DNA of 64,000 nucleotides from Andalucia godoyi And28 (Eukaryota > Protista > Jakobida). The notes below the pieces were generated by a model. It saw nothing but the letters and a program-made list of their open reading frames with translations. It was not told the origin of the DNA and searched no databases. Below are positions 1-10,770 of the stretch, piece by piece. A program made the position numbers and the translations under genes. Each line of letters starts with the position of its first letter. Positions within the stretch are counted from its first letter, which is position 1. The stretch is from the NCBI GenBank assembly GCA_009859145.1, contig VRVR01000026.1, positions 1 through 64,000 of the forward strand, read 5' to 3'.

Positions 1-487
1 TGCCCGACAGCACATCGGCTTTGCGAGTACCCAATTCCGTCAGCATGCAGATCGTCATAGAGACTGCGCCAGCTGCTCGCTCATCAAAGTCGCTGGAAAG
101 ACGAACTCCTCCCGGTGAAGCATCAGATTGCCCCCTGTGACACAGAACACCATGCTTCCTCCACAAAGACTGCATTTCGGAAGGCGACGTCGCTATCGAG
201 GACGGTGCCGAGATGGGCTGACCGAGCCGCGGATCTCGGACTGTTTCCTCTGCTTCAAGACGCAGCGCGTTCATCTGTTCGCTCACCCGCGGGAGATGGT
301 CAGCACCCGAAAGACGTCCAATGACAAGCTGGATTCGCTGGATCTCGCCTAGCGCTGATTGAACGGAGCTCTCGCACGTTGATACGACACGACCGTGCTC
401 CGCAATGCGCGCCGCAAATGTTCCTTCGTACAATCGAATCTCTTCCTCCAGTTCGGACATCTGCTGCTTGCACTGTTGAGATCGCAT
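1..487 (-). CDS. Partial hypothetical protein running off the left edge of the window
   Basis: Stop-free frame from ATG at 487 to position 1 (MRSQQCKQQMSELEEEIRLYEG...), with coiled-coil-like composition. Absent from the ORF track because no stop lies in the window. True start uncertain. Confidence 0.35.
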   Translation of the reverse strand, partial: MRSQQCKQQMSELEEEIRLYEGTFAARIAEHGRVVSTCESSVQSALGEIQRIQLVIGRLSGADHLPRVSEQMNALRLEAEETVRDPRLGQPISAPSSIATSPSEMQSLWRKHGVLCHRGQSDASPGGVRLSSDFDERAAGAVSMTICMLTELGTRKADVLSG

Positions 488-1265
488 TGTTTATTGTCAT
501 GCTGTTTCTCCCCGAGTTGATTGCCGTCTCGCCACCACCATTTGGACAAAGCTACTGCTTTTCCCGAAGAAGGAAACGACTGCTTCATGAAGATTCACTG
601 CTCAACAGCTTCCGGGATCTTTGAGCGTCGTCTTTCCTCCTCTGTTGGCACGACAGGACAAACGGACTAGAGGATGTCCACCGCATTGGCGCGATGTCGG
701 AAACATAGGAGTCGCACGACATGCCATTTTTCCCATTCGAGAGCACCCGATGGTACAGCCGCAAGAATAAAACACAGCTCCCTTACACGACGGATGCGAT
801 GCGACAAACAGCGGGCAACAGATGAACTGTTTTTTGTAACAAGCGAGTGCCTGGTGGACGACGCAGCTAGAATCTGCTGTTTCAATTAAAGCGATGCACG
901 GAACAGAAGTTTCTACCAACGCATCGCTGCATACTGTCGGCGGTTCTCTATTACGTCGCAAATGTCGGTTCGTCGTGCGTGACGGAAATACTGCAAGTAC
1001 GTTTTACAGGAAACGCAACACAGTCTGCAATTGTAAAAATTAAACAACAGACATCCCTAATACACACTTTCCGTTCGTAGTCTGCTGCTCGAACAAACCT
1101 TTTTTTTGGGGGGGGGATTGCCAATTCAGGAAGTTCGCGCTGTCATATTTTCTTTGCATTTATATTTTTGTTCTTCTCTTCTCGTCTCGTCTCTTCTCTT
1201 CTCTTTTCTTCGAATTTTGCAACTAGGCATCTTCTCCTCGACAGACAGAAGAAAATATCGCGAGA

Positions 1266-4133
1266 ATGGAGCCGGATTTCTTCCGTATTCAAGCAATTGC
1301 CACTTTGGTGGATTCCCACAATTCAAAAGCGGCTTTGAAAGCGATTGAAGGTGACCTGAAAAAGCTGCCGCAGTCTTTTGTGCTTCGTTCGTTCCAAGCT
1401 CTTGTTTTGGCACGGCTCGGGAGGGAGGCGGATTCTTTTGAATTGGGAAAAGCCCTGAAAGATTCATATACTGGAAGTGATATTACCGTGCTCAGTACAT
1501 TGGCGTACACTTTTCGTGCTTTGCGCAAGCAGACTTGTTGCTTGGAAATCTGGGAGGCGGCATCTTCCAGAAATCCCGGATTCCCAGACATTGCCGAAGA
1601 GCTCTTCTTCACCTATCTTGAGGACGGGGTATTTGAAAAAGCACAGCAAGCTGCTCAGAAGTTGTGTCAGATCCATTCAAAGCTTCCTTCCTCTGACAGA
1701 AGGAAAACGGAAAAGTTCAGCCGTTGGGCTGTCTGTTGCAACTATCTTGCCTCCCTTTCAATCAATGACCCATCTTCTTCGAAGAAGACGTTGCTGGTAT
1801 CGCTCACCCAACGGTCTGCAGCGAAGATTTGCTCTGAGCTCAAGCCCGACGACGTCCCTGTGAACGAGGATGGAAATCCAGTCCAGAACTCCGATGCCGA
1901 ATTCTTCCGATTTTACATCTCCGTCCTGTTCCAACATGAGAAGTTTGCTGACATTCTCGAAGTTTTGAACACTCCCGGCAGAAGATTCTTGGATTTAAAT
2001 AGAGAAGATCTTCGATTGGTGTGCATCAGTTTGTTGAAAGTTGGTGATACAAACGGCTGCCGTCGTGTGCTCGGGTATTTGCTGTCGATACCTTCGTTTC
2101 AAGATGATTTTGACTTGTGGACTATGCTACAAGAAGCTTGTTCGAAGGGCAGTGTTTCGAACATGGGTGAAAAATCTCGCGTTCCTGATAGTTTGCATGC
2201 AGAGATTGCCGGTGTTCCTGAGGACTTCCCGGAGCACGGGATTGAGCAATTCATCCGTTCTTGCATCCGCAACAAGACGTCCGCTATTCGAGGCCCGTAC
2301 TTGGCTCTTCTACAGTTTTTGCTTTCAAAGGGGCGCGACGACGAATTTATTAGAGCGTATCTGGATTTCTTCGAAACGTTCGGCTCCAAGAACGCGTTCT
2401 TCTACGACTCGAGATTGATCTTAGAAAACTTAGAAGCTTCCAAAACAGTGCATTTGGTCCAGTGTCTCCGCGAGTCCGTCGGTGGCCATTATCTTGTTGA
2501 AGAAAACGACTCTCTGGAAGTTTGTCAAAGGAAGATGTCCATCGCAAAGATGCAGCGCCTGGCACCCGGGTTCTGCAATCTCATAGAAGAAGGCAGAAAG
2601 TGTCTTCAAAATTATTTCCGAATGTTGAAGTTCGGCAAGTCTCTTGAAAAAACTGAAAACCAGTACGGAGATGATTTTCTCATCTTGGCGGTGCATTACA
2701 TGATGGACGACTGTGCTCTGTCTACTGCTGACGAAAAACTGCAGTGTCTCTCCTTTTCTGTGAAGTTGTTGGAAAATGGCATCCGTCGATCCGCCAAAAA
2801 CTTTTGGTTCAAGACGCTGCTGTTGCGACTCTACGCACTTCTTGGCTGCTTCACTCAAGCCTACTCCATGTGGGAGAGTCTGGAAATTAAGAATGTGCAA
2901 TCAGAGTCCCTGTCGTTCTTGCTCTTGGGCGACAGTTTTCTGCTTCCAGCTCCAGAGCAGTTGCTGAATGACATTACCGAGTTTCACGAGGAGCACGATA
3001 GCATGATGTCGAGAGTTGTGGGCTCTCATTTTCGATTAGGATCGTTCTCGAAAATCCAGGGTACTGTGGAATTTCGAGACAAGTGTGTGCGATCTGCGTC
3101 GAGATGGTACGCCGCAGTAGCAGATGGTTTGTGTGTGATTTCCAGTTGCTCGCCGAGTTCGACGGATTTTGCAGCTCGCCTGTCCAAGTGCGGGGAAGTT
3201 ATTGACATTGACCGCATGGCGAGCAATGCGTGGACTTGCTCCGCTCCATCTGGAATGCCTTTTCCGTTCAGTGGATTGTGTTCATGCTGGGACACTGCCG
3301 TCGTATCCTTCTTTGAACCTGTCAACCGTTCTCTGTCGAAACTTCAGTTGTCTCTGAACCCTCCTCCGTTTGCAGAGCTTATTAGTGGGAATAAGTCGTT
3401 GGTGTGTTCGCGGACTGTCTTGTTGCCGCATTTTCTCACGTCATCCGAGGCCTTTTGCCAGTGGTACGAGGATCTGAATGATGGACTGTCCAGTATGAAG
3501 CTGTGGAACGACATCTTCCAGCGTCTTTCGAACGCGAAGAAGGATCCTGATCTGTCGAGCGCAATGGCAACGCTATCCTTGGAGATGTCCGCTCGTTCAC
3601 TGTCTTTAACCGCCTTTGTCGAATCTATCCGCGCTGTTGCGTTGTCCATTTTCGCATTCGAAGAATCGGAAGCAGTTGCAGCCTCTGAAAAATTCCAACA
3701 GGTGCTTGCACATACGTTCGAGACTTTGTTGAACGATGCGATGCTGTTCGACGGCAGCAATTTTCACGTTCTAAATCAGCTTTCGTTGCGACTTCGGGTT
3801 GTCTTGTCAATTTTCAATTCTTTTTCATCTATTCTTAAGACTCTGTGCCAGTCAAAACAGCATGCTGGCCGATTCTTCCCGGAGACGCTTGCTTTCATGA
3901 AGAAAATCCAGCAGGACAGTGGAATCCGTGTTGCGGACGTTGCCAAAAAACTGACAACGTTCTTGAACAATGCCTTCACGATCCCAGCAATCTCTTGGGG
4001 GAAATGGGATGTCCCTGAGAATCCGGATTCCGTTCTCGAAGCTGAGGTGCGCTCTATGATCACAACACAACGAAAGACGGTGATCAGCAACATCCTCTCC
4101 TTGTTTAACTTTGTTCAGAAACCAGCCTCGTAA
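1266..4133 (+). CDS. NAA25: NatB N-acetyltransferase auxiliary subunit (Naa25/Mdm20)
   Basis: 955-aa ORF with TPR-like N-terminus and family-like motifs EELFFTYL, YGDDFLILAVH, NFWFKTLLLRLY, LEIKNVQSESL. Confidence 0.88.
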   Translation: MEPDFFRIQAIATLVDSHNSKAALKAIEGDLKKLPQSFVLRSFQALVLARLGREADSFELGKALKDSYTGSDITVLSTLAYTFRALRKQTCCLEIWEAASSRNPGFPDIAEELFFTYLEDGVFEKAQQAAQKLCQIHSKLPSSDRRKTEKFSRWAVCCNYLASLSINDPSSSKKTLLVSLTQRSAAKICSELKPDDVPVNEDGNPVQNSDAEFFRFYISVLFQHEKFADILEVLNTPGRRFLDLNREDLRLVCISLLKVGDTNGCRRVLGYLLSIPSFQDDFDLWTMLQEACSKGSVSNMGEKSRVPDSLHAEIAGVPEDFPEHGIEQFIRSCIRNKTSAIRGPYLALLQFLLSKGRDDEFIRAYLDFFETFGSKNAFFYDSRLILENLEASKTVHLVQCLRESVGGHYLVEENDSLEVCQRKMSIAKMQRLAPGFCNLIEEGRKCLQNYFRMLKFGKSLEKTENQYGDDFLILAVHYMMDDCALSTADEKLQCLSFSVKLLENGIRRSAKNFWFKTLLLRLYALLGCFTQAYSMWESLEIKNVQSESLSFLLLGDSFLLPAPEQLLNDITEFHEEHDSMMSRVVGSHFRLGSFSKIQGTVEFRDKCVRSASRWYAAVADGLCVISSCSPSSTDFAARLSKCGEVIDIDRMASNAWTCSAPSGMPFPFSGLCSCWDTAVVSFFEPVNRSLSKLQLSLNPPPFAELISGNKSLVCSRTVLLPHFLTSSEAFCQWYEDLNDGLSSMKLWNDIFQRLSNAKKDPDLSSAMATLSLEMSARSLSLTAFVESIRAVALSIFAFEESEAVAASEKFQQVLAHTFETLLNDAMLFDGSNFHVLNQLSLRLRVVLSIFNSFSSILKTLCQSKQHAGRFFPETLAFMKKIQQDSGIRVADVAKKLTTFLNNAFTIPAISWGKWDVPENPDSVLEAEVRSMITTQRKTVISNILSLFNFVQKPAS

Positions 4134-4228
4134 AGAAACCCAATCAGTATTTTTTTTATTTTAAATTTCATTTATCTTCTTTTTTATTTTTATTTTATTT
4201 TATTTTTTTAATTTTAAAAATACTGCAA

Positions 4229-6673
4229 TCATCTGGAAAACTTCTTTCGTTTCCCTCCTCGACCATGGTCCCCGCTGTGCTGTCTTTTCCGTTCCCACCT
4301 TCGATCTGCAGACCGCGGCTGTGACGACGATTCTTCAAGCAGGTCTTGATAATCCTCCGCAGCAGCGAATGCGTTTTGCAAGCTTGCGTCGTTGTCCACG
4401 TTTGACTGATCGTCGTCCACGGGATTTTCATCCAGATCATCTTCATCAAATTCAGGAAGGTCGTCGTCGTCCCCAATATCGTCCAGCAGATCGTCATTGT
4501 CATCATCTCCGAAATCGGAACCATTTTCCTCTCCCGTACCCTTCTCGTCGATCTCGGCTCCATCACTAGAATCGCTGTCGAAATTATCAACGTCGTCAGA
4601 CCGCTTCTTTTTGTTCTTCTTCTGCTTGCTAGAAAAGTCGTTTTCGTCGTTGGCAGTCTTCACTTCCAAAAACCGTTGCACAAACACCGTTTCGGCATCC
4701 TTTGGAAACGCTTGCTTGTCATCCTCCGGAGCCAAGATGATCTTTTGCATCAGCGATTCGCCTCGAGCAATGGCCTTTTTCGGCTTTCTCAAAACGAACT
4801 TGTCCAAAAACGAAGAGATCGAAAAATCCTCCAGTGGATCTCCCTCGTACGGGATTCTGCTTCCAGATTCCATTGACTGTGCGAACTCGCGAACCGTAGG
4901 ATGGAAATGATTGTCCAGGAGGTTCAGCTCATAAAGCGAGGCACAGTCTGCTTTTGCAAACAAGGGATCTCGTTTCCAAAAATCGTACTCGTCGGAATGG
5001 TCGGGAGCAATTTTGATCAAGGTGGACGTCGCAGGGAACTCGTTGATGATGCGGTGAACCATGTACACAATTCCACACAGAACATTCGTTGGACACAACG
5101 AAGAAACAATCAAAAGACGCTTCAGAAACGCCAGTCGACGATCATTGTTCGAATCTGAACGGATTGACCGCACGACAAGATTCAGCAACAAAGACGGATG
5201 GCTGGCAGCAGGAAAATCTTCGCTCAGTAAGGCGTCGTACAAGGCACGATAATACCGGTTTTCGAAACTTGTCTCTTCTTCTGATTTGAATTTTCCTTCG
5301 TCTGCGGATTTCTTGATTTGGAAAAGAATTGTCAAGGACTGGGTGGAAGTAGAAAACGTTCCTACATGAGCAATTCTGAACAGGTGGTCTGCAAACTCCA
5401 TAATCTTTTTTCTTGTTTGTGCATCCGAGGAGTACGAGGCAAAAGGATACGCACGAGAGATGCCAGTCAAGACTGCGCTGAGCATCCGAGACTCGGCAGC
5501 AGCATCTTCGAGCTTGCGAGTCTCCTTCTCTTTGCTCTTCTTGTTTCGTGTTTCGGTGAGCGAAACCTGGTCGTTCTCGACGCGCAGACCAGAATACACG
5601 CGAAACAACGAAATGTAGATTTCGATGAGTCGAACAGCAACAAGGGTCTCTGACTTGGTCAAAATGATCTGGTTCAAGAAGATGAGTGCATAATACCTAC
5701 CACGATCTTGCAGATGCGAACGAAACAGAAAGCGCTCGACGTCGTCGATAACAACGATTTTCATCGCTGGATGCGTCACCAGCAGCCTGTTCAGAGTGAA
5801 TGATGCTTGAGAAGCAATTTTCTTTTCTGGATCCCCTAGCTTGTTGGCAATCAAAGACAACAGAACGTCTTCCTGTTCAGAATGGGCAACGAGACAGTCG
5901 TATGCCAGGCGAATGGCCACCGCCTTCGAATGCGTTACAGAATCCTTCATCCAAAAGGAAAGTGCTTCCACAAAAAACGTGAATAACTTCTTAATAACAT
6001 GCTCGACAAAGGAACCGCCGTCACCAAAATACTTGATGTCCGGAAATTGGACAAATAGCGTGTTCACAAACAGATCACGAAGGGCTTCCAGTGCCATCAC
6101 AGCTTCTCGTCTTCCTTTCCTCATCCCAAGAGCAGTCAGCCGAATCAGCATATCCATAGATTGCTCCGGCTCTTGCTGGATCCGGACAGACATTGCTGCA
6201 ATCTTATCAGACAACGTACCATTTCGCAACACCTTTTCCAGAAAGGCAGCATCCGATCGAGATATACCAGGCTTGTGGTGTCTTTCCTCTAGCTCTCGCA
6301 ACTTTCTCGTAAAATCAAACGTCTTCTCATCCGGACGACTTCCAAAGAAGCGCGATCCTGCAATTTCTTCTTGGGTTTGCGGAAGTGACTCGACGTGCTC
6401 CTGTTGCTTCTTGAATGCATGCTTAGGAGCAGAGTCGCCGGAAGCATTGTTGGCTGGGCTTTGTACATTCCCAAAACCGGATCCTTTTGTCATAGAGGCT
6501 ACGGACTTGCGGATCGCCTCCAGCTCGGCCTTGGACAGATCCTTCTTCGAATCCGCGCTTGACTGGATCAAATCAAGATCTTCTTGATAACCACCAAGTT
6601 CTTTGACCATTTCAATAGACGGAATCTCATGTTGAGAATTGGAAGCCTTGTGGTTTCCTTTCTTCCTACCCAT
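4229..6673 (-). CDS. CEBPZ: 60S biogenesis factor CEBPZ/Mak21/Noc1 (CBF domain)
   Basis: Motifs GTLSDKIAAM, KLGDPEKKIASQA, YYALIFLNQ, LYELNLLDNHFHPTV, GDPLEDFS and an acidic tail. Start moved to MGRKK (ATG 6673); the upstream part of the ORF is pyrimidine-rich UTR. Confidence 0.92.
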   Translation of the reverse strand: MGRKKGNHKASNSQHEIPSIEMVKELGGYQEDLDLIQSSADSKKDLSKAELEAIRKSVASMTKGSGFGNVQSPANNASGDSAPKHAFKKQQEHVESLPQTQEEIAGSRFFGSRPDEKTFDFTRKLRELEERHHKPGISRSDAAFLEKVLRNGTLSDKIAAMSVRIQQEPEQSMDMLIRLTALGMRKGRREAVMALEALRDLFVNTLFVQFPDIKYFGDGGSFVEHVIKKLFTFFVEALSFWMKDSVTHSKAVAIRLAYDCLVAHSEQEDVLLSLIANKLGDPEKKIASQASFTLNRLLVTHPAMKIVVIDDVERFLFRSHLQDRGRYYALIFLNQIILTKSETLVAVRLIEIYISLFRVYSGLRVENDQVSLTETRNKKSKEKETRKLEDAAAESRMLSAVLTGISRAYPFASYSSDAQTRKKIMEFADHLFRIAHVGTFSTSTQSLTILFQIKKSADEGKFKSEEETSFENRYYRALYDALLSEDFPAASHPSLLLNLVVRSIRSDSNNDRRLAFLKRLLIVSSLCPTNVLCGIVYMVHRIINEFPATSTLIKIAPDHSDEYDFWKRDPLFAKADCASLYELNLLDNHFHPTVREFAQSMESGSRIPYEGDPLEDFSISSFLDKFVLRKPKKAIARGESLMQKIILAPEDDKQAFPKDAETVFVQRFLEVKTANDENDFSSKQKKNKKKRSDDVDNFDSDSSDGAEIDEKGTGEENGSDFGDDDNDDLLDDIGDDDDLPEFDEDDLDENPVDDDQSNVDNDASLQNAFAAAEDYQDLLEESSSQPRSADRRWERKRQHSGDHGRGGKRKKFSR

Positions 6674-7150
6674 TCCAAGTGACAGCTGCGGCGCGAAGAA
6701 AAAGGTGGCAAGAGCGAAAAATGGCAAAACGAGAAGAATCAAGAAAATCAAAAATACGATTTTGTGAGAACTTTCTGTCTCCGCGTTAAAAATGCGCCCC
6801 TCGTGCGATTGTGAATCAAGTGATGCTGCTGCGCCCTGCAGAAGAAAAAAAGATTGGTCTTCGTTCAACAGCAATGTCGCCGGCTGTCAAACTCTGCCGT
6901 ATTATCTGATGATATGCACAGCCGACCCACCACGTTTTGGTTTGGAGGGTTGCAAATGAAACAAAACATAAACAAAAACAAAATTTAAAATAAAATAAAA
7001 AATATATATTTAAATAAATAAAAACAGCCCAGCCTCGGCCGCACCTTTGTGCACTTGGTACTGCAGCATCGCGTGGAAAACCTTGTATGGAAAATCATTC
7101 CAGCTGATAAAGAGAGGAAGTCCACGGATGCATTTTCTTGGAAATACGGG

Positions 7151-7855
7151 ATGAAACTGGTTGAAATTGCCCGTGCACTCTTGTTCACAGGTCTTGTTTG
7201 GTTTGTGTGCGCGGCAGAGCCTCACGAACAAGTTCAGCGACTGGTGTTTACACAAGCAGAGATCAAGGATCTCGTCGACACTCTTTTTGGCTCCGGGGTG
7301 ATCGAGGAGGTTCTTCCAACGGATGTCCGCTCGGTCGCCATTCCAATTCCAATTCATTTTGAAAATGAAACGCTGGAGTTCAACATCACAGTGAACACGT
7401 CGAGTTTAGATCTCCCGTTGTCTTTCGTTGCGGAAACGGTGAATGCCATCAATCTCTCGATCACCTCGAAGAATATGTCGCTTCCTCTCATATTTGAAGC
7501 AGAGCAGATGAAGTACAATATTGGCATCACATCTGCCGGGGATATGCCGTTGAGTGTGCATATCAATGAGGCGTCAAACATGCCTCTGCAAGTCAGCGTC
7601 ACAAACCTGGTCATTCCCGTTTTGGACAAGGCAATGATGATAGGCATTCTCGTTTGGTGCGGACTGTTGACTATTTCGATTGCTTTTCTGTGCTGCAAGA
7701 CCTCTGCTCTGAATCGCAGACGCGGTGCTACAGACACTGCAATGTGCAAGTGCCCGTCCTGCACGGCATGGGTTCCGTTGAAACGCTTTTGTTGTGAATG
7801 CGCATTCTCGCTGACCGATTTGCGAACAGAACGGTATACCCTGCTAAACTCTTGA
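7151..7855 (+). CDS. Hypothetical type-I membrane protein with a C-terminal Cys-rich zinc-ribbon-like tail
   Basis: Signal-peptide-like start MKLVEIARALLFTGLVWFVCAA, one TM segment (MMIGILVWCGLLTISIAFLCC) and a CKCPSC...FCCEC tail. Confidence 0.6.
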   Translation: MKLVEIARALLFTGLVWFVCAAEPHEQVQRLVFTQAEIKDLVDTLFGSGVIEEVLPTDVRSVAIPIPIHFENETLEFNITVNTSSLDLPLSFVAETVNAINLSITSKNMSLPLIFEAEQMKYNIGITSAGDMPLSVHINEASNMPLQVSVTNLVIPVLDKAMMIGILVWCGLLTISIAFLCCKTSALNRRRGATDTAMCKCPSCTAWVPLKRFCCECAFSLTDLRTERYTLLNS

Positions 7856-8018
7856 TGCGGATTTCTTTCGGAGATGAAGAGAGGGGGGAAAGAGAAGGGA
7901 TGCGATAGAAGTCAAAGCGTCCAGACCAAACAGCATTTTTACTCAAAAATTAGTTATTCACTTCTGTACATTGTCCGGCTGTCGTGGGGCGACGGAGAGT
8001 CCCTCGACGCGCTTTCTT

Positions 8019-10133
8019 CTACAAATGCCCCGGTTCCTGCGACCGGGGAGGCGCATTTGGGTTCAAGAGAAAGAATTTTGATGACGATCGCTGGAGAGGC
8101 GACGGACTTGCCTCGGCCCCAAGCCCAGGGACAATTTTGGAAACGATGCTTTCCGCAAATCGCAAGTCTCTTGATGGAAGCTCATCTTCAAAGTCGTCTA
8201 CTTGATCAGCCGACCGACCCATGTCAAGTCTCAGATTTTCCAGGGCTGGCTGCAAAGGATGGCTTGGGAAATTCGGGATTTCGGACAGCGGAATGCGAGC
8301 AAGGGGCGGAGTTGTTCTGTGCATAAAGGCAGGGGGATGGGAATGCTGAACTCCTAAATAGGCATTTCGAAACGAGGGCGACCCAGACGATGATGCATGC
8401 TGCGACACGGCCCATACTGGGATCGACGCTGCTAATATATTCATAAACTTGACTCGGTCCATCGTTGCCCCTTCCACAAATTTTTTGATGGAGTGGCGAA
8501 CGTGCGTCGTCTCTTCTCTTGCCTCCTTCGACAGGAACTGTGCAAAACAAGTATCATGGCCTCGAAGATTAATTCGGAACAAATCGTCCGCGAGCGATAA
8601 AATTTTGTCCTGCGGCAGCTTGCATTTCTTGCACAGGATGTAAAAGTCTTCTTCCATGTCCATAAATGCATATCGTCCGTCATCCTCTGTGGAAGCGGTC
8701 GGCACATGCATGCTGCGCTTGACAATAGATTGTCGGATGGCGGATTCCAGACTGCTTCGAACGGGTGCGTACACAAACGACTCCTCAAACAGCGAGACAA
8801 GGAACACGAGAATGTCCAGGGTCCATGGAGTAAGGCCATGGAAGAAGTGCAGGACAACATTGCCCCCAGACGCAATTCGACGCAACATGACACGCACATT
8901 CGCAAGAAGCATGGTGGAGTTTGCAACTTCAAGGATGGGAACCGACCGGAATTCATTCATAAGAGCATGTTTGTGTGCATACGGCTCACGGGCCCCGCCG
9001 TATGCATCACCATCCACATTGAGGGCAGAAGACACTTCGGTTTTCGCGAGCAATGCGTCGCAAAGGACAAGATTCGCGGGAGATGCATAGCACTCATCAA
9101 TCACTTGTTTTCGCAAATGCGCAGGGAGAAGCTCGGGTCGATGCAATCGCATGCATCCCGGATGTGTGACATCGCCGTAGTTGATCAAATAGCGATAATT
9201 CGTACGAGCTGCGTACGTAAGGACTGCATACGGTTTGAACACCGAGGGCGAGACCGCTGCACCGTGGCGAAGCTGTGACATCGAGCCGAGCCACAGGGTC
9301 AGTCCGCCACCTTTTGCACTTGGAAACGTCTCCAGCACGTACCGCGACCAGTCGCCACGGCCGACACCAACGTCAAAGAATGTGAGATTCTGGGCGTTGA
9401 GGATGGCTTCTCGTTGATCGGAATGCGACGCAGAGCTTGGTGCAGCAGGATTGCTTTCTGACGATGAAGGTGCAGAGTGCGAGACACTAAACGCAGACGA
9501 TGACACCTGGCCAATCTGCGACGAGTGTTGATAGTCAAAACCAATTGGATGCTGAGATGTCATCGGCGACGGAACCGGCAGCGGCAGCGGGACATCTTTC
9601 AAAATCTCCCCAAGGACACGTTCCTGATACGCAGTAGTCAAGTCATACGTTCTCATGTGTCCCTCGAGAACGTCATAAGATTTGCGGACATGCCGTTGAT
9701 AGAACGGCCATTCCGTTTCGCAAGCCTCGTTTGCATAATGTGGATGGAGGGATTCAAAACACTTCATCAGCACGTGCGCACGCTTTGAAACGTCGTAGCC
9801 ACAAACTTCAGCGAGTCGGTCGGACATCGCATTCCTGGCAGCGAGAAAATCGTCGTACGCAGAGGACGCCTTTTTTTGCGGATGTGCAGCCGAAATGGAC
9901 TGAAACGTCGGAAGGCCTTGATAAATCGATGCGAACGAGTCGTATTCCCGACCAGGAGAAAATCCGACCACGGTGTGGCGAGAGTGCGAAACTTCCGTTT
10001 CCTTTGTTTCCCATGGATCCTTTCTGTATTCAGCTTGAATGACATCTGTCAGACCGGTTGGCTGGGATTGAATATGGATATCCAGTGCTGTCATGGACCG
10101 CGGAGTGGAGAGAGGAACCGAGCGATGCAACAT
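8019..10133 (-). CDS. FtsJ/RrmJ-fold cap 2'-O-methyltransferase-like protein (CMTR-like), catalytic residues altered
   Basis: SAM motif FFDVGVGRGDW, then GGGLTL, YGDVT, LVLCDA, GGNVVLHFF and LVSLFEESFVYAPVRSS in CMTR order. Start set at MLHRS (ATG 10133). Confidence 0.68.
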   Translation of the reverse strand: MLHRSVPLSTPRSMTALDIHIQSQPTGLTDVIQAEYRKDPWETKETEVSHSRHTVVGFSPGREYDSFASIYQGLPTFQSISAAHPQKKASSAYDDFLAARNAMSDRLAEVCGYDVSKRAHVLMKCFESLHPHYANEACETEWPFYQRHVRKSYDVLEGHMRTYDLTTAYQERVLGEILKDVPLPLPVPSPMTSQHPIGFDYQHSSQIGQVSSSAFSVSHSAPSSSESNPAAPSSASHSDQREAILNAQNLTFFDVGVGRGDWSRYVLETFPSAKGGGLTLWLGSMSQLRHGAAVSPSVFKPYAVLTYAARTNYRYLINYGDVTHPGCMRLHRPELLPAHLRKQVIDECYASPANLVLCDALLAKTEVSSALNVDGDAYGGAREPYAHKHALMNEFRSVPILEVANSTMLLANVRVMLRRIASGGNVVLHFFHGLTPWTLDILVFLVSLFEESFVYAPVRSSLESAIRQSIVKRSMHVPTASTEDDGRYAFMDMEEDFYILCKKCKLPQDKILSLADDLFRINLRGHDTCFAQFLSKEAREETTHVRHSIKKFVEGATMDRVKFMNILAASIPVWAVSQHASSSGSPSFRNAYLGVQHSHPPAFMHRTTPPLARIPLSEIPNFPSHPLQPALENLRLDMGRSADQVDDFEDELPSRDLRFAESIVSKIVPGLGAEASPSPLQRSSSKFFLLNPNAPPRSQEPGHL

Positions 10134-10770
10134 ATCTTCCTTTTGATGGTGGTCACGTGAAAAAACGGCAATAACAATATATGGTAGCGGTAGAAGTTGT
10201 TGTAAATCGTAGCAGAAGAGGGGAGGGAAAAAGAGAATTGGATGGCAGGAAGATGAGGCACAAGACGGTAAAAATGATAATAAGGAATAGAATGTAGAAA
10301 GTTCAGTGAATACCAATGATAATTCCGTTGCGCAGAACAAGGAGGAAACTCAGAAAAGGAAGAGTAAAGCTGGGAAGGGGGGAAAAATTAATATCGGACC
10401 GGAAATGGATGTTATAAAAAACCGACGTTTAGGAAAAGAAGACAAGAGAAAAGCAACAGAGCGAAAAAAGAACGGGGGGTGCTGCGCAAAAAGCCAAGCC
10501 AAAAGGGCTGCGATACAAGAAAAAGGCAAGAAATGTTCGATATGCGGGGAACAAGAGCGAACACTGATATTCAAGTAGAGGAAAACACGCGATCACAATA
10601 CCTTCACAAACGGAAAAGAAGAAGTCAAGTATCCACAAGTTGAAGCGTAAAGTGAAATTCTCTTCTTTTTTATTTTTCCCCTTTTCTATTTGTCGGGTCG
10701 GGTCGGGGGAACGGGGAGGAACGAATCCCCCGACGTCAGCACTTTTCCCACCTATGCGGGGCAATAATGC

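Noticed and set aside
500-961. Short minus-strand ORFs upstream of the edge gene, considered as exons, a pseudogene or a further Fanzor remnant
   Set aside because: No consistent splice sites or recognisable motifs; the CGAHCG text is not followed by a DRD motif.
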